Part shown: piece after piece, positions 55,865 to 64,000 of the stretch | How positions within the stretch are numbered: position 1 is the first letter of the stretch | Layout of the letters: every line of letters starts with the position of its first letter | IMG/VR virus record: IMGVR_UViG_3300020473_000010 | Coordinates: 186,001-250,000 of that record | DNA length: 64,000 bases | Reading direction: 5' to 3' (one strand) | Program-made: the position numbers and the translations under genes | Notes under the pieces: model-generated | Seen by the model: only the letters and a program-made list of their open reading frames with translations | The model's database searches: none | What the model was told of the DNA's origin: nothing

Positions 55865-57013
55865 TTATAAAATATCTAAAATTGCTTGACATATGAATTT
55901 AATGTCCGAAGGCTTAAGTTTTTGATGACAAGGAAGGTAAAGTCCAAAATCATGAACCTTATCAGCATTAGGCAGGCTACTGAAAGAACCATATTTTTCT
56001 ATCCAAAATGGATGGCGAGCTATAGATCCGCAAATTAAAGGTCGGCATTCAACATTTAATCGATTTAGTTCTTTGACAATTTGCTCTTTCTTTTTATGTA
56101 TTAGGCCGAACGCCAAAGGGGATGGATTACAACCGGTTGATTTCTGGGTCCACACGTGGTTATCTAGATAGTCTTGGTATATTTTTAGGTTTTCTCTTCT
56201 TTTTTCAATATTTTTCGAAAGGTTATTTAATTGACGGATGCCTAAAAATGCATTTAAATCTGTTGACCTTATATTAAAACCCGGTTTGATAAAGAAGTAT
56301 AAAGAATTAAAATCATCTATGTTGTATTTCTCCGCATATTGTTTCTGAGAATTTGGGTCTAAATCACGTACCCAGCCATGAGAACGTAATATTAGGCACA
56401 AATCTCTAATTTCGGGATCATTTGTACATACCATTCCACCTTCAATAGTTGACATATGATGCCCATAATAATAACTAAAGGAAGACATTAATCCATATGT
56501 ACCTACTTTTTGATCCTGATAGGTGGCACCATGGGCTTCACAACAGTCCTCTAGCAGTATTACATTGTTATCTTTACAAATCTCGAGAATGGCTGACATA
56601 TTGTTGGCCCATCCTAAAACATGAACCAATATCACAGCTGCCGGACGATGTTCTTGGACTAGAGAAGAAAAATGGTGAATATTTAATCCCAAATCATTAG
56701 GGTCACAATCGCAAAGTATAGGTTCGTATCCAAGCTGAATAAAAGGTGCAACAGTTGTTGCCCAACTTACGGCTGGTACTATTATTTTTTTATTCTTTAA
56801 CCTCCCGGATTCAAGCAAGGCTGAAGCCATTAATAAATTAGCGCTGGAACCGGAATTAACAAAACAAGAATATAAAACGTTTTGCCATTGCGACCAATTT
56901 TTTTCAAATTCTTGAGTAAGATGTCCTTTAGTCAGTTTCGGATCTTGGTATAGCCACTCTATTAATGCCATTCGGTCTTTTGTGCCAATTGTATCATCAA
57001 CTAGTTTTATCAT
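55865..57013 (-). CDS. PLP-dependent GDP-4-keto-6-deoxymannose 3-dehydratase-like enzyme (ColD-type, DegT family)
   Basis: VNSGSSANL, EDCCEAHGA, and SFSYYYGHHMSTIEGG with His where the Schiff-base Lys normally sits. Start re-set to MIKLVDD (ATGA overlap with the GT11 stop). Confidence 0.8.
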   Translation of the reverse strand: MIKLVDDTIGTKDRMALIEWLYQDPKLTKGHLTQEFEKNWSQWQNVLYSCFVNSGSSANLLMASALLESGRLKNKKIIVPAVSWATTVAPFIQLGYEPILCDCDPNDLGLNIHHFSSLVQEHRPAAVILVHVLGWANNMSAILEICKDNNVILLEDCCEAHGATYQDQKVGTYGLMSSFSYYYGHHMSTIEGGMVCTNDPEIRDLCLILRSHGWVRDLDPNSQKQYAEKYNIDDFNSLYFFIKPGFNIRSTDLNAFLGIRQLNNLSKNIEKRRENLKIYQDYLDNHVWTQKSTGCNPSPLAFGLIHKKKEQIVKELNRLNVECRPLICGSIARHPFWIEKYGSFSSLPNADKVHDFGLYLPCHQKLKPSDIKFICQAILDIL

Positions 57014-57783
57014 ACTCTCTCCCATCGGTCCGGAATTACATCTTGATCTGGTGTATCGTTTGCAAACCAAATTTTTGGAGCTATAATTTTACTATTAGAT
57101 TCCTCTCCAAGCCAAGCTGCCCACCAAGAAAAAGACGAATTAGCAATGATTTTGTTTTTAAACGAAGTCATGAAATAAAGATCTAAAACATCACTAATAG
57201 AATTCATATATAAGTGGTTATTCCCAAAATGCTCTCGGCACCATTGGACATCATCGCTAAAAAACACAAATTTAGCATTATTGAATTTCCGCATCGCCAA
57301 ATCGTAATAATTCGAATCTTCAGCTAAATTTTTATGTATGTCAGCCAATTTAATATAGTCGCCTCTTCTAACATGAACAGCAACCATATTTTCTTCGAGT
57401 TGAAAATTTCCATAGTAATAATTTAATTGCGATTTTACCCAATTAGTGGGGGCAAATAAATTTTTTATTTTTTCAGCATTATGAGCAAAATGTTTTTCAG
57501 ATTGAAAGTATCCTTGTAAAAACATATTTTCGGAATATGGAATTTTGTGATAGTTAAAATTGGGTTCAATATATAGTTTTCTTGCCCAACTTAATTCATT
57601 CATATATTTTATTTTTGAAAATACAGATGAAGCATATAATGTTCTTTCTTCATGAGAAGGACATGCTCCAATGACATTCAAGGGAAACACTGCTATATCG
57701 GCATTGTCGATTGCTAAAGATTCTACAGTAGCAATAATAAACATTTGATTACCTAACCGACCTCTTATTTCCGCAGATATCAT
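57010..57783 (-). CDS. Alpha-1,2-fucosyl/colitosyltransferase (GT11)
   Basis: GRLGNQMF, VHVRRGDY, FSDDVQWC and IANSSFSWWAAWL. Start re-set to MISAEI (ATGA overlap). Confidence 0.93.
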   Translation of the reverse strand: MISAEIRGRLGNQMFIIATVESLAIDNADIAVFPLNVIGACPSHEERTLYASSVFSKIKYMNELSWARKLYIEPNFNYHKIPYSENMFLQGYFQSEKHFAHNAEKIKNLFAPTNWVKSQLNYYYGNFQLEENMVAVHVRRGDYIKLADIHKNLAEDSNYYDLAMRKFNNAKFVFFSDDVQWCREHFGNNHLYMNSISDVLDLYFMTSFKNKIIANSSFSWWAAWLGEESNSKIIAPKIWFANDTPDQDVIPDRWERV

Positions 57784-58709
57784 AAGATACCCCTTATGTG
57801 GGGGTAACTTTCTATAAACCATTCACATGTTTTTTCAAGACCAGAACGTAAATTAGTATAGGATTTATTATATCCTAATTTTTTTAAAGCTTGAGTTGAT
57901 GAGGGCTTTCGGTGCTGGCCTATAGGTTTTGTTGTATCCCAAAAAATCATACCTGGGGGGAACTCAAATATTTCGCAGATTATACTTGCTACGTGTTTAA
58001 TTGAATATTCAACACAGTTTCCTATATTGATCGGAAGGGAACCATCATAATTTTCTAAAAGCCAGATTAGTGTTTCAGCAATATCAAGAGAATATGTAAA
58101 TTCCCTTAAAGATGAACCATCCCCCCATAAATTTACAATAGAATTATTTTGTTTTCCTTCCCATATTTTCCTTATCAAGGCTGGAATAACATGGCCATTT
58201 TCTAAGTGAAAATTGTCATTAAACCCATATATGTTATTTGGCACAGCTGTAATATATTTCAACCCGTATTGGCTCCGTAACGCGCGAGAATGAACTTCTA
58301 GCATACGTTTAGCATAAGCATACCCATAGTTGCTTTGGTGAGGTTCTCCGTTGTGTATCTGGTCTTCTGTAAGCGGGTATTTTACTTTGTCTGGATATAT
58401 ACATGTTGACAATAAAGAGACGACTTTTTGAATACCTTCTTCTTTTGCGGCATTTAATAAATTTGTATTAATTAAAATATTTTCATGGAAAAAATCAGCT
58501 ATGTAATCAGAATTTCCTTTAACGCCACCAACTTTAGCAGCTAAATGGATAACAGCATCCGGATTGTGGTCTACAAACATTTTGTGGGCATAATATAGTT
58601 TTGTTAAGTCATATTCACTTGATCCAACTAAAACTAAATTGTGGGATGTATTTAAATTTCGAAAAGCAGAACCTACCATCCCAGTTCCACCAGTAATTAA
58701 TATTTTCAT
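57780..58709 (-). CDS. fcl: GDP-L-fucose synthase / ColC-like epimerase-reductase
   Basis: ITGGTGMVGS, HLAAKVGG, STCIYP, YAYAKR, NIYG..DNF...HVIPALI, WGDGSSLREF. Confidence 0.9.
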   Translation of the reverse strand: MKILITGGTGMVGSAFRNLNTSHNLVLVGSSEYDLTKLYYAHKMFVDHNPDAVIHLAAKVGGVKGNSDYIADFFHENILINTNLLNAAKEEGIQKVVSLLSTCIYPDKVKYPLTEDQIHNGEPHQSNYGYAYAKRMLEVHSRALRSQYGLKYITAVPNNIYGFNDNFHLENGHVIPALIRKIWEGKQNNSIVNLWGDGSSLREFTYSLDIAETLIWLLENYDGSLPINIGNCVEYSIKHVASIICEIFEFPPGMIFWDTTKPIGQHRKPSSTQALKKLGYNKSYTNLRSGLEKTCEWFIESYPHIRGIL

Positions 58710-58711
58710 TT

Positions 58712-59353
58712 TTACCCCTTATTAAAATATATTTCATCACACCCGGTAGTACAAAATAAATTAAAGTTTTTAGATATCATGAAATCTTGTATTTCATTGC
58801 CATAATAATTGTTTTCAACGGTTATTACTTTGATAGTGTAATTTTCGAAATTAATACTTTTTAAGATTTCTAATTCGTTGCCTTCAATATCCAGAGAAAG
58901 GATATCGATATTTGAGGGACATAAAGAAAATAACTCTTTTACAGTAACTGTTTCTACATCAATCCATTCTGGGATATTTTTAATCAATCCCTGATGTTCT
59001 TCGAACAGGATTCTTTCAATGTGATTTGGATGATATTTTGATGGAATTCCTGCTAATCCTTGGCCCCAGGCTCCGGTTGGGAATGGTTGGAATTTAGTTT
59101 CGAAACTTAACTCGCTGTTGCTAACTACAGCTTTTTGAATTATTTCCCAATCCCGATTGGTTTTTAGTATGGGGATCTGAGAAGGGTTTGGTTCAATTAA
59201 TAAGCCATCCCAACCCAAGTCTTCAAAAAATTTAGAATTACTACAATGAATTCCATCCATAGCCCCAATATCTAGGAAAAATCCTTTGGTTTGAGATTTA
59301 AAAAATCTTTCAAATATAATTTCATCTTGCTGGTATTGGCTATAATATTTCAT
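58712..59353 (-). CDS. FkbM-family methyltransferase
   Basis: YSQYQQD, FFLDIGAMDG..SNS, LIEPNP, LSLDIEGNEL. Start re-set to MKYYSQ (ATGA overlap). Confidence 0.9.
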   Translation of the reverse strand: MKYYSQYQQDEIIFERFFKSQTKGFFLDIGAMDGIHCSNSKFFEDLGWDGLLIEPNPSQIPILKTNRDWEIIQKAVVSNSELSFETKFQPFPTGAWGQGLAGIPSKYHPNHIERILFEEHQGLIKNIPEWIDVETVTVKELFSLCPSNIDILSLDIEGNELEILKSINFENYTIKVITVENNYYGNEIQDFMISKNFNLFCTTGCDEIYFNKG

Positions 59354-60012
59354 GAATAATCCTTGAAACAACTAAAATTTCTTACATCCGGATATTTCCA
59401 TGAACCTCCACAATCTTCGTTGGTTTCTGGAAGAGAGAGGAAGAGCTTGATACCATATGCAGCTTGTTCCGGAGGCATATACATATTCCACCCAAGCATA
59501 TCGATATTATCATCATCATATTTTACTGTAATATCTCGACCTTCGTATCTTGCCTTTTTAAACCACTGGTATGCACTATAATCATTTGTTAAAATTATTC
59601 CACCTTTACCTATAGGCAATGTTTTCTTTATATGGAAAGATACACACTGATAAGTACCTTCTATATACATCCCTTTTGTAAACCTGGTTGCTCCATCGAT
59701 AATAGGGTATGGATCTAGACGATATGTACCAGACCATTCGATATTATTAAAATTTGGGTTGCAACCTGCGTGAATAATTGCCTGAGGTACTGAAACATAT
59801 GTCTTTGCCGGAATTGTTATTTTGCCTGAAGCATTTAAATATTTCATGCACAAAAATAAACCATTGGTGCAATTATCTACCGCTACAGCATATTTGGAAC
59901 CAGCATATTCGGCTATCATTTTTTCAAATATATCGACGATATCCCATGGGTCATTGATTTCATAGCCTAAAGGTTTAATAATTTTTATAATTTCTTCTAT
60001 AGAACAATACAT
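59350..60012 (-). CDS. Short DegT/DnrJ/EryC1/StrS-family PLP enzyme (220 aa)
   Basis: FEK.IAEY.G.KYAVAVDNCT.GL; SFHIKKTLPIGKGG with Lys retained; GWNMYM. Much shorter than a full-length DegT. Confidence 0.8.
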   Translation of the reverse strand: MYCSIEEIIKIIKPLGYEINDPWDIVDIFEKMIAEYAGSKYAVAVDNCTNGLFLCMKYLNASGKITIPAKTYVSVPQAIIHAGCNPNFNNIEWSGTYRLDPYPIIDGATRFTKGMYIEGTYQCVSFHIKKTLPIGKGGIILTNDYSAYQWFKKARYEGRDITVKYDDDNIDMLGWNMYMPPEQAAYGIKLFLSLPETNEDCGGSWKYPDVRNFSCFKDYS

Positions 60013-60686
60013 TAAATCTCCAACATTCTAGAATAATATTCGCCAATTATGAATTTTTGATTAGTGGTTGCTGTTTGTTTGTCATATAGTGGATTATAAC
60101 ATTTGTTTGGCAGAATTCTAAAATCTAAGCTAACTCGAGTTTTTTCTGTTAAATTAGTTTTGTTAAAATGCCGGCAGCGATTTCCGTTCCAAACCATAAA
60201 TTGTGATGGTACCATGTTTACTGGTTTGTAATCACCTAAATTAGGAACGCTTTCTATCCATATTGTGCTAGTATCGAACATTTCGGTTAGAGGTATTAGG
60301 ATATTAATTTCTCCCAGTGGGTGTTTATGGTGTTCATCTGAATCACAATGGATTGTTGTTACAGCTTTTGCTTTGGGGTATTGTATCCGAAACGAAGGTA
60401 AGGTTTGATATATTAGACTTTCTTCTTCTAAGAATAATGGGAAAATTTTATTCCTTATAAAGCTATGATAAACATATTCAAAATCTTTCCAGTTATTATT
60501 TAGTTTTTTATAAAAAATTTCATGAAAAATACTGTGAGTATCATTTCCTAATCCGGCTATACCATCATCGGCTGAATATAGACTTTGCAAATTTTCGTGT
60601 AATAATTCTAATTCGCTAACACCAAACAACTGTTTTAATAAAGCGGAAAAATTATATTGATTTTTATCGAAATAATAATGTTTCAT
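60012..60686 (-). CDS. 2OG-Fe(II) oxygenase-like protein (StrG-like)
   Basis: YQ..PSFRI; HCD (HxD); EIN..IPLT; H.N..N.T..TRVSLDFR (distal His and RxS). Confidence 0.75.
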   Translation of the reverse strand: MKHYYFDKNQYNFSALLKQLFGVSELELLHENLQSLYSADDGIAGLGNDTHSIFHEIFYKKLNNNWKDFEYVYHSFIRNKIFPLFLEEESLIYQTLPSFRIQYPKAKAVTTIHCDSDEHHKHPLGEINILIPLTEMFDTSTIWIESVPNLGDYKPVNMVPSQFMVWNGNRCRHFNKTNLTEKTRVSLDFRILPNKCYNPLYDKQTATTNQKFIIGEYYSRMLEI

Positions 60687-60689
60687 AAT

Positions 60690-61403
60690 TTATTTTTTTA
60701 CTAATAGAGGATCGAAAGTTTTTTTGATATCTTCTAAAAAGATATTTTTAAAAGCTGATCTTTGAGCAGTGACTAATTCTTTTTTGGTAATTTCCTCTAT
60801 GTTTAATGCCGCAGGATCATGAGGCGTTAATCTTTTCGTTAATTTTTTATTACAGTGTTTATAAATTTCATCGAATCTTTTAGGGTTCCATGGACGGTTT
60901 AAAAATTTTATGCAGCTTTGAAATGTTTGGGCACCATTGTCTCTTATTTCTTCATATTTTATGAAATGCAAATTAGTAATATTTGATTGGTTATTAAGAT
61001 AAAATTGCAAATGCTTATAATATTCCAACTTATATTTTTCGAAAGCTTCAGCAAGATCTATAGATTTTTGACCATCCCAATTTTCCGGAATATTGCCTTC
61101 ATATTTCATTATAGAGAAAATTGTATCAGCTGGATTTCTATAAAGATATATTGCGTTTTTTAACCCAAAAACAGGACCTTCAGATGGATGTGGTTTCGCG
61201 ATATAACGGTGGTGAATATGGAAACCCCATATATTTGATGGCCGGGGATTAAAAAATGACTGTACAATCGAGGGTTCATTTAAATAGGCTTCCATCAAAA
61301 TCCTAAACCAATGGCTTCCTGTACGAGGATATGATATCAATCTAGGAAAATCTAGGTTATCAAATATTTTTAGTTCTTCTTTTTTGTAGCTTATGTCAAA
61401 CAT
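60690..61403 (-). CDS. Sulfotransferase (PAPS-dependent)
   Basis: 5'-PSB-like SYPRTGSHW, 3'-PB YRNPADTIFS, and IKYEE. Confidence 0.85.
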   Translation of the reverse strand: MFDISYKKEELKIFDNLDFPRLISYPRTGSHWFRILMEAYLNEPSIVQSFFNPRPSNIWGFHIHHRYIAKPHPSEGPVFGLKNAIYLYRNPADTIFSIMKYEGNIPENWDGQKSIDLAEAFEKYKLEYYKHLQFYLNNQSNITNLHFIKYEEIRDNGAQTFQSCIKFLNRPWNPKRFDEIYKHCNKKLTKRLTPHDPAALNIEEITKKELVTAQRSAFKNIFLEDIKKTFDPLLVKK

Positions 61404-62003
61404 TTACCAGATCTCCCTTGTTACTTTTTTTGAAAGCATGTGGCCTTCAATTGTTTTTTCATCTAAACTCGAGAGATCAAGAAATGCATGGAGTGATTCA
61501 AATTGAGTATTATAAAACCCTTTTTTCCTTAAGTCTTCTTCTAATGGATATTTAGCTGAATTTAAATTATTTCTGCTTAAGAAATAACCTCCTTCTACAA
61601 TGTTGTTAGCTGCCCAATTTTGAATATTATACTTTAATTCCGGGGTTAGGGGAAATGAACCGATATCGTTGTGAATGAACGCGATTGGAAAATCAGGTAA
61701 TTTTAAAATATCTGAACAGTCTTGAACAATAACTCGTGGATGATTTGTAGGGTTAGCAATATCAAAACCAACGCATCTTTCATATCCAAAATGACCACAA
61801 AGCAAATCAAAACTAATACATCGATTTGTGCCCATTACAACTATAGAACCAAAATCCGGAATATCTCTAATTTTTGTTATTATATGATCAAAAATTTTAT
61901 ACGCATAATAGTTTTTTCCATAACCATGTACATCTTGATTATGGTTATGTTCATCTGTATTTGAGAACCAGAATTTTTCACTATAGTATTTTTTTTCAGA
62001 CAT
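61404..62003 (-). CDS. Hypothetical protein, possible class I SAM-methyltransferase fold
   Basis: VVMGT...VGFDI...FIHNDIG...VEGGYFL. Start re-set to MSEKKYY. Confidence 0.45.
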   Translation of the reverse strand: MSEKKYYSEKFWFSNTDEHNHNQDVHGYGKNYYAYKIFDHIITKIRDIPDFGSIVVMGTNRCISFDLLCGHFGYERCVGFDIANPTNHPRVIVQDCSDILKLPDFPIAFIHNDIGSFPLTPELKYNIQNWAANNIVEGGYFLSRNNLNSAKYPLEEDLRKKGFYNTQFESLHAFLDLSSLDEKTIEGHMLSKKVTREIW

Positions 62004-62883
62004 TTGGGTTTCTCTTTTTAATTGCCCGATAAATAAATTCATCAAAATCATAATACTGTAAAGCTTTTTGGTAATTAATTTGAAGAGAAGATGAAAACTT
62101 TTCGTATAAGTCGTTGTTTAAATTTGGAATAATATTCTCTAATTCCTCTATTGTGTTGAAAATTATTATTGAATCCGGGTCAAAAAATTCTTTAATATTT
62201 GGGGCGCCCCAATATACCGGGATTGTTCTACATGCAAAGCAGTCTAATATTTTTTCAGTAAAATAATTTTCAGCTCGGTTATTTTCTATCACTATTGAAA
62301 ATCTATAATCGTTTAAAGCATCTGATTTATATTCTAGGGGTTTTTTAGTTCCTCTACCATAACAATCAAAACCTTTAAGTTTTGCTGCAATTTCATGACG
62401 TAATTTATGACCAGCTATATCTTTTTTATCAGAAAAAATGTGAGAAATATTTTTTGTTTTAACAATAGATTTTTGATATATTGATTTTGTGTCGACAAAT
62501 AATCCATCGGCTGGAATAAATTCACATTTTTCAGGATAGGTTTCTAACAGGTATTTATCCCAGGTTAAAATTAGATCGAAATTACTAATGTTAGATTCTA
62601 AAACCCTATATATTTCTGGATCATATGCTCTGGGCTCCATGGTCCATGCAATTTTATAAAATTTCGAAGGAAACTGATCAGCATAGCCAAAAAGCTTGTC
62701 TGAAAATATTATTGTTTCATAATTGTCAATTAATTTTATTGCTTCCGGGTCTAGACAGAGAGAACCATCTTCAACAAAAGTTAATTTGTTGTATTTTATG
62801 TGTTTGGTTTTTCTACCTTTTTCCAGAGCATCTGCCCAACATTCCGCGTGGCTGATGTTTATATCACAAAAATTAACAATCAT
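61996..62883 (-). CDS. Alpha-1,3/4-fucosyltransferase-like (GT10)
   Basis: K..AL.DYRFSIVIEN....NYFTEKILDCF...TIPVYWG is the GT10 alpha-1,3 motif. Confidence 0.88.
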   Translation of the reverse strand: MIVNFCDINISHAECWADALEKGRKTKHIKYNKLTFVEDGSLCLDPEAIKLIDNYETIIFSDKLFGYADQFPSKFYKIAWTMEPRAYDPEIYRVLESNISNFDLILTWDKYLLETYPEKCEFIPADGLFVDTKSIYQKSIVKTKNISHIFSDKKDIAGHKLRHEIAAKLKGFDCYGRGTKKPLEYKSDALNDYRFSIVIENNRAENYFTEKILDCFACRTIPVYWGAPNIKEFFDPDSIIIFNTIEELENIIPNLNNDLYEKFSSSLQINYQKALQYYDFDEFIYRAIKKRNPNV

Positions 62884-64000
62884 TTAATAGCCCAATTTTC
62901 CCAAATAAATGGGAAAAAATAGGTAAGTTCATGGGTTTTCTCCAGATCACCTCTAATTTTTTCATATTTTTGGATTGAATCATCATCAATAGGGTGGAAT
63001 TGGACTTGTAGATTTTTAACTTTGTTAATATCACCAGATGATATCATTGCAGGAAGCACTTCATATTCTGATCCTTCAATATTCATTTTTAACAAATCGA
63101 TGGTGTTGAAATTTTCTAGTGCTTTTGTCACAGAAACAAGGCTTATATTTCCATTAGGATCATCGACAACCCGAGTTGCAAGATCATCTTCTATCATTTT
63201 TACTTTTCTTGTTGTTCCACCAATGCCCAAATTGTATACTTTAATGTTTGGTTTATCATTAAATTTTTCTTTTAGTAAATTTGAGAACTTTTCAAATGGT
63301 TCATAGACATGAATTTCGCAATTATATTTGTCATTAATTTGTTGGGCCCACTCTCCTTTAAATCCACCGACATCTATTACAGTAGAATCTGAATTTAAAT
63401 CATAGTTGAGCCTAAGTGTATTATCGCCATCCTTTTTTACCCATTCTTTGACAGCTGTTCCTTGAATTTCTTTAAGAAATTGAAGTGGGGTTTTTGGAGG
63501 AGGCCCTGGGAACCTTTCGTATTTTTTCCTTTTCCTTACTAGCATTTCAACACGATGCTGATCCTCTTGGCGGATTTGATCATCGCTAATAGGGTTAAAT
63601 CTGTTATAACAATAAACTATATTTGGAACAAAAAGAGTTCTTTCCCGAGACATTTCTAACATTGGCAGCATAAAAGCTACATCCCAACCTACGGAAAAAT
63701 ATTTTCCATCTTCATCTCTAAGATCTTCATCTTTGATTGCATGCCATAATTTTGACCTAAATGTCCTAAGGTGGCTTGTAACAAATTTGTACTCTCGAAA
63801 CGCGTTTTTCTGGATAACTTCCGGTGGGAGAGGAAAACAATTTGACATTCCACCAGTGGGGTGGTGAACGTGATTACCATAGGTTAGCATAGGATTATGC
63901 TTATCATAAACATCGGCGATTATGGCAAGAGAATAGTCTGTAAACAAGAAGTCATCTCCATCAATAACCATTAACACAGCTTCTGGATCGTCTTTTGTTT
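62880..64000 (-). CDS. GT2-like glycosyltransferase fused to an FkbM methyltransferase; 5' end lies beyond the window
   Basis: The frame is open to the window end (TKDDPEAVLMVIDGDDFL). GT-A DxD, SHLRTF and D.AFM.PMLEM motifs are followed by VIDVGGFKG, YEP and LLKMNIEGSEY. Confidence 0.85.
   Translation of the reverse strand, partial: TKDDPEAVLMVIDGDDFLFTDYSLAIIADVYDKHNPMLTYGNHVHHPTGGMSNCFPLPPEVIQKNAFREYKFVTSHLRTFRSKLWHAIKDEDLRDEDGKYFSVGWDVAFMLPMLEMSRERTLFVPNIVYCYNRFNPISDDQIRQEDQHRVEMLVRKRKKYERFPGPPPKTPLQFLKEIQGTAVKEWVKKDGDNTLRLNYDLNSDSTVIDVGGFKGEWAQQINDKYNCEIHVYEPFEKFSNLLKEKFNDKPNIKVYNLGIGGTTRKVKMIEDDLATRVVDDPNGNISLVSVTKALENFNTIDLLKMNIEGSEYEVLPAMISSGDINKVKNLQVQFHPIDDDSIQKYEKIRGDLEKTHELTYFFPFIWENWAIK

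Noticed and set aside
55865-62051. ORF-track start sites at 57070, 57822, 59371 and 62051
   Set aside because: Downstream ATGs at 57013, 57783, 59353 and 62003 give ATGA or short overlaps with the preceding stop and, for the recognisable families, start just before the first motif, so the longer starts are probably over-extensions.
51469-64000. Bacterial O-antigen or capsule locus (host chromosome or chimeric contig)
   Set aside because: No wzx/wzy/wzm/wzt or initiating transferase is visible. Strand, packing and composition are continuous with the phage genes, and the last GT overlaps the phage gene chain.
1-64000. Giant eukaryotic virus (NCLDV) or a stand-alone contractile injection system
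   Set aside because: SD sequences, overlapping operonic genes, a gp55-like sigma factor and gp25/gp6/gp5-like baseplate genes, together with primase, RuvC and SbcCD, indicate a tailed phage.
1-64000. Stop-codon reassignment
   Set aside because: The standard code gives near-complete coding density with multi-kb ORFs, and TAA, TGA and TAG all occur as plausible gene ends.

Overview
This AT-rich window is a segment of a large contractile-tailed (myovirus-like, probably jumbo) bacteriophage genome. Essentially every real gene is on the minus strand, densely packed and often joined by ATGA or TAATG overlaps. Reading in transcription order (right to left): (1) A ~12.5 kb glycan-modification cluster encodes GT2-FkbM, GT10, a sulfotransferase, a 2OG-Fe(II) oxygenase, DegT, FkbM, Fcl/ColC, GT11, a ColD-type His-containing dehydratase, Gmd and two GT-B enzymes, with a PD-(D/E)XK nuclease embedded. 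(2) A gp55-like late sigma factor follows. (3) A baseplate block encodes a gp5/gpV-like spike, gp25-like, gp6/J-like, DNRLRE-like and gpI-like/LamG proteins. (4) About 38 kb encodes very large uncharacterised virion or fibre proteins. (5) RuvC-like resolvase, primase and an Mre11-Rad50 (SbcD-SbcC) fusion run off the left edge. Highlights: ~90-170 aa modules inserted in-frame, Russian-doll fashion, into otherwise unrelated virion proteins (one inside a copy of itself); an A9 run plus hairpin that may be a recoding site at 20625-20654; an apparent split of a P2 gpH-N/DUF3751-like domain into two N-half and two C-half genes; and a phage GDP-colitose/fucose pathway with both GT10 and GT11. No tRNA, CRISPR array, transposase, reverse transcriptase, capsid, large terminase or sheath gene was recognised. 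All family calls come from reading motifs by eye, not from database searches.
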